Part shown: positions 54,278 to 63,079 of the stretch, piece after piece | Layout of the letters: each line of letters opens with the position of its first letter | Numbering within the stretch: the stretch's first letter is position 1 | Origin: Bdellovibrio sp. | GTDB lineage: Bacteria > Myxococcota > SpSt-1050 | Assembly: GCA_020725805.1 (NCBI GenBank) | Contig: DYEF01000046.1 | Location: forward strand, 36,573-100,572 | Direction: 5' to 3' | Length of the DNA: 64,000 nt | The notes under the pieces: model-generated | What the model was told of the DNA's origin: nothing | The model's input: the letters and a program-made list of their open reading frames with translations, nothing else | Database searches by the model: none | Position numbers and translations under genes: made by a program

Positions 54278-56731
54278 ATGGGTAATAAGACCGGAATTAT
54301 CGTTCTTTTTGTTGTTTTTATGGTTGTATCATTACCTCTTCAGGCAAATACAATAAATCTTCCGAAAACGGGTGCGAGGTATTGTCATACTACATACGGG
54401 GAGATGATACCCTGTGATGGAACGGGTCAGGACGGAGATATTCAGGCAGGCCTCGAATGGGTAAAACCAAGGTTTACAGACAACAAGAACGGAACTATTA
54501 CAGATAACCTTACCGGACTGGTATGGTTAAAGGATATAAAATGTGGAAAGCTTGATGTAAAAATTATAGAAGCTTTCCAGAAAATAGGTGAATTAAATAC
54601 TACGGGTAGTATTAATGGAGTTGATTGCGGGGATACCAGCAATAACGGTTCTCATCAGACAGACTGGCGCCTCCCTACTATTAATGAGCTTGAAAGCATT
54701 TTAAATACACAGTATGGAGATTATATGTGTGGTTCCGCAATATGTGAAACTCCTCAGGACTGGCTCAGGTATAATGGGTTTTTGAATTATGAACAAAGTG
54801 TTTATTATTGGTCATCTACGAAAAGTAAGTTTAGTTTACCACAATACTGGGTAGTGTTGTTTGGATATGTTATGGAGTATTATTCATCTTTACTTGCTTA
54901 TATAATCCCTGTACGTGGAGGAACAAACGGCACACCAGACCCTAAATACCCGGCAAACGTTCCAAAGGTCGGACCGGATTCGGAACAGCCGGAAGGTTTT
55001 GGGGTAAGCTGGCCGGAGCCGAGATTTACAGATAATAATAACGGAACGGTTACAGATAATCTGACCGGGCTTATTTGGCTTAAAAATGCAGATTGTAATG
55101 AATCTATTTTACTATGGGAAGAAGCGTTTAAAAAAATTAATGAGCTGAATACCAGCGGTACAATTAACGGGAAAAACTGCGGAGATACAAGTAATAACGG
55201 CTCACATCAGAAAGACTGGAGGATGCCAAACCGTAAAGAATTAAGGAGTCTTATTGATTTTACCAGATATGAACCTGCTCTGCCCAATAATCATCCTTTC
55301 GTAAATGTCAGAATAAATAATAGTTACTGGACATCTTCACAATCTGCATCAAACAAATTCAAAGATGTGTGGAATGTTGCATTTTCAAATGGTTCAACAA
55401 GCAGGTTTACAAAAGATACGAGGCTTTACCTGTGGCCAGTGAGAGGAGGACAGATAAGCCCCAAATATGAACTTAAAGTTGTTTTGGCGGGAGAAAACAG
55501 AATAGGTCAGATCGACAGTAAACCTGCTGGAATAAAATGCGGAGGAGATTGTACTGAAAGATTCGCATCGGGCACCGAGGTTATCCTTACGGCATTTCCA
55601 TTGAGCACTTATGACTTCAAGGAATGGAAAGGAGATTGCAGTCATTGCGGGACTAATGAAACATGTATTATATCTATGGATACAAACAAAGAGTGCGAGC
55701 CGGTGTTTGACATACCAACATACAAGCTTACAGTGTATACTGCCGGAACCGGAAGCGGAAAGGTATCTGCTTCGGGTTGTTCTATCGTCTGGTCAAACGG
55801 TCAGGGGATATGTGAGGTGTCTTATGCAACAACTCTGAGAATTACCGGTCAGCCCGACCCCGGTTCAAGGTTCGAAAAGTGGTCAGATGGTACTGGTTCA
55901 GCGTCTGTCTGTAAAGGAATCGGTTTTTGTGAGTTTGTCATTAATGAAGACTCTACGGTCACGGCAAATTTCATTCTCGAAAAGTACGATATTACAGTAA
56001 ACAGTTCAGGGAACGGGAGCGGTAGTGTGAGTTCAGCCCCGTCAGGGATAGATTACAAATATCCTGCAGAGAATACAGGTAGTATGCAGGTTGATTACGG
56101 GACTAAGGTAATACTGAGTGCCACAGCGGATTCCGGTTCGAGAGCTGTGTGGACAGATTGCAGCGGTGTTATGGCAGGGAACGGGACAGAGAATGCGAGC
56201 TGTACATACGAGAAGGTAGACGGGACGAAGAAGACAGAGGTGGTGTTTACAAATAATGAATATGTGCTTGAAGTGATAAAGACAGGGAGCGGGAGCGGGA
56301 ATGTAAAATCGGAGCCGTCAGGGATAGATTGCGGTGAGGACTGTACGGATGTTTTTGGTACGGATGTTGATGTGAAGCTCAATGCTGTGGCAGAGAATAA
56401 CTCTGTTTTTGACGGCTGGGGAGAGGATTGCAGCGATTGCGGGAATAGTACGGAGTGTATAGTAAAGATGACAACGGACAAGAGGTGTGAGGCGGCATTT
56501 ATCAAAAGCGAACCAGAGCCGGATGCCGGCAGCGATATAACTGAGATAACAGATACAACAGATGTAACGGTGATTCAGGATGTTAAGGATGCAGGTGAGG
56601 TTGCTGATATATCAGATGTTCGTTACGATACCGGATTAGATGTCGCAACAGATACTTTTACTGAAGATGTCAGGACAGTGGTAAAGGATAAGGACGAGGA
56701 TAAGGGATGTTCCTGCAGTCTGATTGAGTGA
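54278..56731 (+). CDS. Secreted protein with two DUF1566 (Lcl C-terminal-like) domains and ~5 divergent InlB-B-repeat-like modules
   Basis: Signal peptide. Found twice: PRFTDN(K/N)NGT(I/V)TDNLTGL(V/I)WLK ... DWR(L/M)P. Repeated modules of the form SKPAGIKCGGDCTE...G(T/V)xVxLxA. Acidic C-terminal tail ending GCSCSLIE. Confidence 0.7.
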   Translation: MGNKTGIIVLFVVFMVVSLPLQANTINLPKTGARYCHTTYGEMIPCDGTGQDGDIQAGLEWVKPRFTDNKNGTITDNLTGLVWLKDIKCGKLDVKIIEAFQKIGELNTTGSINGVDCGDTSNNGSHQTDWRLPTINELESILNTQYGDYMCGSAICETPQDWLRYNGFLNYEQSVYYWSSTKSKFSLPQYWVVLFGYVMEYYSSLLAYIIPVRGGTNGTPDPKYPANVPKVGPDSEQPEGFGVSWPEPRFTDNNNGTVTDNLTGLIWLKNADCNESILLWEEAFKKINELNTSGTINGKNCGDTSNNGSHQKDWRMPNRKELRSLIDFTRYEPALPNNHPFVNVRINNSYWTSSQSASNKFKDVWNVAFSNGSTSRFTKDTRLYLWPVRGGQISPKYELKVVLAGENRIGQIDSKPAGIKCGGDCTERFASGTEVILTAFPLSTYDFKEWKGDCSHCGTNETCIISMDTNKECEPVFDIPTYKLTVYTAGTGSGKVSASGCSIVWSNGQGICEVSYATTLRITGQPDPGSRFEKWSDGTGSASVCKGIGFCEFVINEDSTVTANFILEKYDITVNSSGNGSGSVSSAPSGIDYKYPAENTGSMQVDYGTKVILSATADSGSRAVWTDCSGVMAGNGTENASCTYEKVDGTKKTEVVFTNNEYVLEVIKTGSGSGNVKSEPSGIDCGEDCTDVFGTDVDVKLNAVAENNSVFDGWGEDCSDCGNSTECIVKMTTDKRCEAAFIKSEPEPDAGSDITEITDTTDVTVIQDVKDAGEVADISDVRYDTGLDVATDTFTEDVRTVVKDKDEDKGCSCSLIE

Positions 56732-56925
56732 CAGGTATCTTTTTTGCGGAGCTGGGGACAGGAATTTTATCATTTAACATACCCGTATACCGGACAAGGT
56801 AATCTGCTTTTTCTCCGGATACTCCTGACATATTGTTGTCTGCCTTATTTATGTTTTACTTTTGTGTATTTTATGCTATACATATCTGCACTTTTACCAT
56901 TATACCTTCGCACGGAGGCAGACGA

Positions 56926-59148
56926 ATGAAAGGATTCAGATTTCTTTATATTGCATCGGTATTGTTAGTTTTATCTTTAGTACTCTCCTGTTCGGGGTCC
57001 AAGAGGAGCGTGGAGGGTCTGCCGGCAGGTTCAGCCTGCAAGAGCAGTTCGGACTGCGCGGATAAACTTGTATGTATATATACGACGGCAGAGGGAGACC
57101 AGGCGGTCAATTTGTTTCCGGGAGGTTATTGTTCGAGATACTGTCTCAGTGACAAAGACTGTCCTGAAGGAAGTAAGTGCATCGGAAGTATATGTATTGC
57201 AGACTGCTCCAACTGTTCTTCCCGGTCGAATGAGGGTTATGTGTGCTACGACGATAAATATTGTCTTCCGGATATGAAGGTCGGGGAGTCCTGTGCGAAT
57301 GATTCCGAATGTCCTACAAAAAAGTGTGTAACATACGGAGATAAATTTAAGAACGGATACTGCTCGATGGGGTGTGAGGAAGGCTCCGAATGTCCTCTCT
57401 CATCAGGCGGGCTCTGTGTAAACTTTGAGGGAAAGGAAGACAGTACCGGTGCCTGTGCGAAACGATGCACCTATGATTCGGATTGCAGGACGTCGGATAA
57501 ATATGCCTGCAAACTTGTATATGCCGACTCTGCAGAATCCGGTGGAATATATACTACGGTCTGTTCCGGCACAGACAATCTGGGGGCGACCTGTAAGGAT
57601 GACAATGAATGTTCGCAGGGACTGAAATGCATAAGCAAATCCGATATTGTAAAGAACAGGACAGTAAAGGGAGGAGATTTTTCGGAGTCTGTATGTTCGA
57701 AGGAATGTACGACCGACAAAGATTGTCCTCACATCTCCGACTGCAAACCGGATGACCAGACCTGTCTTAAGACCGCAAGATGTATCGACGGATATTGTCT
57801 CAGGGGCTGTGACAATGACAGTCATTGTGCCAAACCGAAGTATGCCTGCCGCGGATATGAATACGAGAAGGATAAATTTAAATATTTCTGCAATTCAGTT
57901 GCAAGCGTGGGAGCTGCCTGTACAAAGGACGAGGAGTGTACGTCCGGACTTACCTGTCTGACAGGTTTTTCGGAGTATTCGGGAGGTTTCTGTACGAAGA
58001 ACTGTGCAAAGAACGAGGACTGCCCTGCTGAAGTAGGTGTCGAGAGGATATGTATAGAGGGTAGATGCCAGAGGTCGTGCACAACCGATGCCGACTGTGG
58101 CAGGACAGGTTATCTCTGTGTAGAGAAGGAAGGGAAGAATATCTGCAGGTCAAAGAAAAATTACGGGGCTGCCTGTCAGACTGATGCAGATTGTTCGGAA
58201 GGACTCACCTGTTACAAGGGATATGCCTTCCCCGACGGTTACTGTACGAAGAAAGGCGAGACGAGCGACCAGTGTGAAGACGGAGGGGTTCCGGGAAATA
58301 TGGACCTCTGTATGAGACAGTGCTCCAAGGATTCGGACTGCAAGAGAGACGGATATTTCTGCTTTGACAGTGGCTCCGAGAAATACTGCTCAACCGGCTT
58401 CAATGTGGGATTCCCCTGCTCCGAACACGAAGAGGAGAATATCGTCGACTGCGGTGAAGGACTTAGGTGTGCAAAAGATAAGGAGTTTGAGTTCGGATAC
58501 TGCACGCTCGACTGTGAAAAGGCGGATGACCTCTGTCCAACCGGTTCAAAGTGTATAACCACGAAGAAGATGTGTATGAGAGAGTGCGCACGGGATGACC
58601 AGTGTCTGATAAGTGACTATACCTGCAGAAAGGAAGACAATCTCTATGTATGTGTCGGCGGCAAGAATGTCGGCGCATCCTGTTCTGCCGACAGCGATTG
58701 TTCAACGGATATTATCTGTGACACAAAACAGAACAATGGTTACTGCACGGTATCCTGTAAAGATACTGATTGTCCTGATGATTCCGTATGTGTCGGGGAT
58801 GTCTGCAAGAGGACCTGCAAACTTGACAGGGATTGCGGCAGGAAGCAGTATTTCTGCCTCACCTCCAAGGGAATCTCCTACTGTGTCGGCACAAAGAATT
58901 TCGGCGCCGAGTGTGAAGATGATGAAGACTGTGTAAGCCCTCTGAAATGTTATAAACCTGTTGCGGACAAGACCGGTTTCTGCTCGAATGACGGGACTCA
59001 GCTCTGCCAGAGTGATACTGACTGCGGTGAGTCATACGCCATCTGCAACAAGGACGGAGATAAGCATTGTTACAGAAAATGCAGCTCTGATTCCGACTGC
59101 GGCAGAGAGGATATGAAGTGCAAAGACCAGATGTGTGTCTATAAATAA
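56926..59148 (+). CDS. Large Cys-rich repeat lipoprotein (~8-9 modules of ~80-90 aa)
   Basis: ATG at 56926 after GGAGG (56914-56918). Signal peptide plus lipobox LVLSCSG. Recurring pattern G-x-x-C-x-x-D-x-(D/E)-C-x-x-G-L-x-C ... GYC(T/S)-x-x-C-x-x-x-x-DCP ... C-x-R-x-C-x-x-D-x-DC-x-R-x-(G/Q)Y-x-C. Confidence 0.7.
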   Translation: MKGFRFLYIASVLLVLSLVLSCSGSKRSVEGLPAGSACKSSSDCADKLVCIYTTAEGDQAVNLFPGGYCSRYCLSDKDCPEGSKCIGSICIADCSNCSSRSNEGYVCYDDKYCLPDMKVGESCANDSECPTKKCVTYGDKFKNGYCSMGCEEGSECPLSSGGLCVNFEGKEDSTGACAKRCTYDSDCRTSDKYACKLVYADSAESGGIYTTVCSGTDNLGATCKDDNECSQGLKCISKSDIVKNRTVKGGDFSESVCSKECTTDKDCPHISDCKPDDQTCLKTARCIDGYCLRGCDNDSHCAKPKYACRGYEYEKDKFKYFCNSVASVGAACTKDEECTSGLTCLTGFSEYSGGFCTKNCAKNEDCPAEVGVERICIEGRCQRSCTTDADCGRTGYLCVEKEGKNICRSKKNYGAACQTDADCSEGLTCYKGYAFPDGYCTKKGETSDQCEDGGVPGNMDLCMRQCSKDSDCKRDGYFCFDSGSEKYCSTGFNVGFPCSEHEEENIVDCGEGLRCAKDKEFEFGYCTLDCEKADDLCPTGSKCITTKKMCMRECARDDQCLISDYTCRKEDNLYVCVGGKNVGASCSADSDCSTDIICDTKQNNGYCTVSCKDTDCPDDSVCVGDVCKRTCKLDRDCGRKQYFCLTSKGISYCVGTKNFGAECEDDEDCVSPLKCYKPVADKTGFCSNDGTQLCQSDTDCGESYAICNKDGDKHCYRKCSSDSDCGREDMKCKDQMCVYK

Positions 59149-59166
59149 AAGGGAAAATGCGGCATT

Positions 59167-59481
59167 ATGAGGTGTCCGTCCTGCGGTAATACCGAAAAAG
59201 TTCACAGGTCTCACAGCATCTATTTCTGGGAGAGATTTGTAAAACTTTTCAGCTCGTACAGATTATACAGATGTCATAACTGTGGCTGGCGGGGATGGCT
59301 TCATCAGCAGACCGGCAATCAGTTGAAGAAAATATCGTTAAGACAGATTCTGCTCTTTTTTATCCTCGGTTTTCTGCTGGGGGTCCTGATTACACTCTGG
59401 CAGCAGAACCGCACTAAACCCGAATGCCCGCAGATTCCGATAAACTGTGAGAGCAATTCCAGAAAAGATTTCAAGTGGTAG
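59167..59481 (+). CDS. Small zinc-ribbon protein with one TM helix
   Basis: CPSCGN ... CHNCGW pair, then ILLFFILGFLLGVLITLW. Confidence 0.45.
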   Translation: MRCPSCGNTEKVHRSHSIYFWERFVKLFSSYRLYRCHNCGWRGWLHQQTGNQLKKISLRQILLFFILGFLLGVLITLWQQNRTKPECPQIPINCESNSRKDFKW

Positions 59482-61702
59482 TTTTCTCTTTCAGAACAGA
59501 AGGCCTGTAAAAATTTATACTAAGAGATATAAGGGTTACTGACAGAGATGAAAATATCATAGCGAGGGCAGACAGCTCAGGCCTGAAAACAACTCCAAAC
59601 AACAGACGGGACAGGCCCATTGCAAATGGAATAAGTGTTATGTTGTATATGGTTGCCCAGAAGAGATTGAGTTTTATTCTCAGCATAACCTTTTTCGCAA
59701 TCTCAATGAACACGCAGATTAGTCTGATATCGTCCTTTATTATTATTACATCTCCTGATTCAACTGCGATATCTGTTCCTCTGCCTATTGCCACACCGAT
59801 ATCTGCCGCGAGCAGTGCCGGTGCATCGTTTGTGCCGTCTCCTGCAAAAAGGACAGAGTCACCTGCATTTTTCATCTCGAAAATCTTCTCTGCCTTTGAC
59901 CGGGGAGTCATCTGATAGTAATACATATCGGCACCGGTTTTTTGTGCTACACCCTTTACAGACTCTTTTCTGTCTCCCGACAGTATTACGAGATTATATC
60001 CGTTTTTTCTGAGCCATTCTGACAATTCGTATGCATTTGAGTCGGGAGTATCCTCCAGTATTATATATCCCAGAAATTTATTCTCTCTGGCAATACAGAC
60101 TGAGGTCAGATTATCTTCCGGAAAATCCGGTGATTCGATACCGTTTTCCCTGAGAAAATCAGGGCTTCCGAAGAAATACATTTCTTTGCCGATGATGCCT
60201 TTAAGTCCCTTTCCGTGAATTACTCTTAAGCCGGAAATATCATAAAACTCCTTTTTCTGTGCAGAAAAAGTCTTTGTTATTCCTTCCGACAGAGGGTGTT
60301 TCGAGAGTCTTGCAAATGAATGGGCTATCCGGATAAATTCTTCCGGCCCGATACTTTCATTGTGGTAGATAGTCTTAACGGACAAGTCTCCCCGTGTAAG
60401 TGTTCCTGTCTTGTCCATGGCTATAGTTCTGATCTTTCCAATCTTTTCGAAGACAGCAGGGTCCTTTATCAGTAAGCCCAGCTTTGAGGATTTCAGAATT
60501 CCGGAAGATACGGCCGCGGGAGTGGCCAGCCCGAGGGCACAGGGACAGGATATTACTATAGTGGATATGAAAACAGACAGGGCAGATGCGAGATTTTTGT
60601 CCAGATAAAAGTACCAGAAAAGCGATGCTCCGGTTGAAAGCAGTATGACCACCGGAAGAAAATATCTGATTACAGCATCAGCGAATCTTTCGATATTTGT
60701 CCTTCTGGCAGATGCCTCAAGGGCAATCTTTATGATTTTCGATATGACTGTTTCTTCACCGGATGCCGTGGCTTTTATTCTGATTACTCCGTCGGTATTG
60801 ATTGTCCCGCCTATTACTCTGTCGCCTTCCTGTGCGAAGACCGGTATTCTCTCGCCGGTTATGAGAGAAGTGTCTATGTGGGCACTACCCCCGAGAATTA
60901 CTCCGTCAGATGGAATCTGCTCTGACGCCCTGACAAGTAATATATCTCCGTCTTTGAGTTCAGACGAGTCGATCTCGGTTATCTCTTCCTTTCCGTCTTT
61001 CTGCAGTATCTTATTGGCTTTTCGTGGTTTTAAAAGAAGCAGTTTTTCAATGGATAGATTTGCCTTTGACCTTGAAACCCTCTCCAGAAATCTGCCCAGA
61101 AGCAGAAAAGAGCCAAGCATAACAGGTGTATCCGGCATGATGAATTCTTCAGACAGAAATCCGAGATATCCGCCTGTGGTCGACAAGGATGCAGTAATAA
61201 TTCCGAGCGCATACATAACATCCATAGAGAGATTAAAATTCTTAATATTATTTAACGCAGAGACGAATATCGGAAATGAAATAAAAACCATAACAGGGAG
61301 AGAGGCCAATCCGAGCAGATATCCGTATGTGGTAAAATATATACCTGTTCCTCCTGTATGAACAATCAGCATCACTGTTATGCTGAAGATAAAACCCAGA
61401 GCAAAGCGGATAATATCTGTTCTGTTTTCTGTGTTTTCAGGAATATAATCAAGAGATGCCTTGTACCCAAGTCGATTGACCTTTTCTATAATCTCATTTT
61501 CATTAAGGTCCGGCTCTTTTTCGATTATTGCCTCTCTCAGATTGTAGTTAACCCTTACGCTTTTTATCCCTTTTGTGTTTTTCAGGGCAAGCTCAATGGA
61601 TCTGGCGCACATAATACAGTGCATTCCCTGAATACTGAGACGAATTATGCTACTACCCGCCGGCATTGCTGTCAGACCTCCGCATAACACTAATATATAC
61701 AT
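59471..61702 (-). CDS. Heavy-metal (Cu/Ag or Zn/Cd-type) translocating P1B-type ATPase
   Basis: HMA domain GMHCIMC, SCPCALGLATP (CPC), DKTGTLT, GDGTNDAPAL. The start may instead be the internal Met at 61666 (MPAGSS...). Confidence 0.9.
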   Translation of the reverse strand: MYILVLCGGLTAMPAGSSIIRLSIQGMHCIMCARSIELALKNTKGIKSVRVNYNLREAIIEKEPDLNENEIIEKVNRLGYKASLDYIPENTENRTDIIRFALGFIFSITVMLIVHTGGTGIYFTTYGYLLGLASLPVMVFISFPIFVSALNNIKNFNLSMDVMYALGIITASLSTTGGYLGFLSEEFIMPDTPVMLGSFLLLGRFLERVSRSKANLSIEKLLLLKPRKANKILQKDGKEEITEIDSSELKDGDILLVRASEQIPSDGVILGGSAHIDTSLITGERIPVFAQEGDRVIGGTINTDGVIRIKATASGEETVISKIIKIALEASARRTNIERFADAVIRYFLPVVILLSTGASLFWYFYLDKNLASALSVFISTIVISCPCALGLATPAAVSSGILKSSKLGLLIKDPAVFEKIGKIRTIAMDKTGTLTRGDLSVKTIYHNESIGPEEFIRIAHSFARLSKHPLSEGITKTFSAQKKEFYDISGLRVIHGKGLKGIIGKEMYFFGSPDFLRENGIESPDFPEDNLTSVCIARENKFLGYIILEDTPDSNAYELSEWLRKNGYNLVILSGDRKESVKGVAQKTGADMYYYQMTPRSKAEKIFEMKNAGDSVLFAGDGTNDAPALLAADIGVAIGRGTDIAVESGDVIIIKDDIRLICVFIEIAKKVMLRIKLNLFWATIYNITLIPFAMGLSRLLFGVVFRPELSALAMIFSSLSVTLISLSINFYRPSVLKEKTTT

Positions 61703-61732
61703 CTTTTATGGTTTTAGCCATATCCCGGCAGG

Positions 61733-61744
61733 ATGATTAATCAT
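61733..61744. promoter_or_regulatory. Perfect 12-bp palindrome ATGATTAATCAT upstream of the P-type ATPase (candidate metalloregulator operator)
   Basis: Read directly. It lies 31 nt upstream of the 61702 start, in the 104-nt divergent intergenic region. AT-rich and Fur/Zur-box-like in composition. Confidence 0.35.
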
Positions 61745-61806
61745 TATACATAATTTCCCTTTACTTTTCTTAAATCATTGTTATAAAAACACCCCAATAG
61801 GATGAA

Positions 61807-62358
61807 ATGAAAAAGGTAACATTGATACAGATCAACACTGCAATAAAAAGGGCGAGGGAATTATATCTCCAAACAAAGAACACTCTTCTTAAAAAGAAGA
61901 TACAGAATCTTTTATCGTTAAGAAGAAGGTATTCAAGTCTGCTTCGCAATTATTATAAAATATGCAAGACAAAGAGAGAGAGAGTAATTAAGGCGGCAGA
62001 TTTCATTTCTGAAATGTTACTGAAGATAGAGGTCGGAATGCTGAGGAGCGGGGCAGTCTTTATTAATTGTATGGGTAATGTTCCGGTGTCCGAAGAAAAG
62101 TTTGTTATTTATTTTCAGAATGTCATTGAGAAGTTTGAGCAGAAGCAAGTTGCATCTGTTGCTTGTTATATAGAGCAGCTGAAAACCTACTATAATCAGT
62201 TTATGCAGGAAATCGACCGGGAGAAGAGTGATTTTGATAATCTTTGTAAGGAGTGTGCCAGGCTGTCGAAGGAGATCGAGGATAATATAGCGGCTATTGA
62301 ACAGTTTCTGAATCCGGAAAAGTTTACCGTTGTGAATGTAAGAGACAGATTCGACTGA
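61807..62358 (+). CDS. Hypothetical coiled-coil protein
   Basis: 183 aa, Lys/Glu/Gln-rich heptad-like sequence. No motif recognised. Confidence 0.4.
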   Translation: MKKVTLIQINTAIKRARELYLQTKNTLLKKKIQNLLSLRRRYSSLLRNYYKICKTKRERVIKAADFISEMLLKIEVGMLRSGAVFINCMGNVPVSEEKFVIYFQNVIEKFEQKQVASVACYIEQLKTYYNQFMQEIDREKSDFDNLCKECARLSKEIEDNIAAIEQFLNPEKFTVVNVRDRFD

Positions 62359-62359
62359 T

Positions 62360-63079
62360 TCAGTCCTTTACCTGTGTGAGGTCGATACCGGTAAGTTTTG
62401 TCAGATTTTCCTCTCTGCCGACTATGAGCAGGATGTCTCCCTTTTCGAAGATATAGGAAGCATCGGGGACAAGTTCGAAGGTCGAATCGGATTTTTCGGC
62501 ACCTATATCCTGCGGGATATTCCTCCTGATTCCTACCACGTTTACCCCGTAATCCGCCCTGAACCTGCAATTGGCTAGGGATTTTCCTATGAATCTGTCC
62601 GAGACCTCCCATTGCAGTATTGAATATCCCTCTGCAAGGGCAATGTAGTCCTTTACGGTCGGTGCAAAGAGAGTTCTGGCGAGTCTCTTGGCAACCTCTT
62701 TCTCAACCTCTATTACCTGAGTGGCACCTACGATCGAAAGAATTCTTGCCTCCCTGTCGTTCTTTGCCCTGACTATGATGGTCTTGATTCCGAGTTCTTT
62801 GAGGACTGCGACAGTCAGTACGCAGGATTCGAAGTTTTCACCGATTGTTACTATTGCTATATCGACGGTCTCTGCGCCAATCTCCCTTAATGCCGAGATA
62901 TCTGTAGAATCGAGCTGTGCCGCATAACTGACGATGTCCTTTACCTCATTTACGAGACCGAGATTCTGGTCGACAGCGATTATCTCTGTTTCGGTCTTTG
63001 AGAGAGAGTCAATCAGTTCCCTTCCGAATTTTCCGAGTCCGATTACAAGAATCTTTCTCATAACATCCTCCTCGCTCAT
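62360..63079 (-). CDS. TrkA/KtrA-family potassium uptake protein (NAD-binding regulatory subunit)
   Basis: KILVIGLGKFGRELIDSL Rossmann motif (TrkA-N) plus a C-terminal TrkA-C-like domain. The alternative start ATG at 63061 is preceded by GAGGAGGA. The 63079 start forms an ATGA overlap with trkH. Confidence 0.85.
   Translation of the reverse strand: MSEEDVMRKILVIGLGKFGRELIDSLSKTETEIIAVDQNLGLVNEVKDIVSYAAQLDSTDISALREIGAETVDIAIVTIGENFESCVLTVAVLKELGIKTIIVRAKNDREARILSIVGATQVIEVEKEVAKRLARTLFAPTVKDYIALAEGYSILQWEVSDRFIGKSLANCRFRADYGVNVVGIRRNIPQDIGAEKSDSTFELVPDASYIFEKGDILLIVGREENLTKLTGIDLTQVKD

Noticed and set aside
56744-56929. 61-aa ORF (MRSWGQEFYHLTYPYTGQ...) as an independent small membrane protein gene.
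   Set aside because: - It has a TTG start without an SD.
- It lies in the T-rich promoter/RBS region of the next gene, and its composition is explained by AT/T-richness.
- It is kept only as a low-interest read-through observation.
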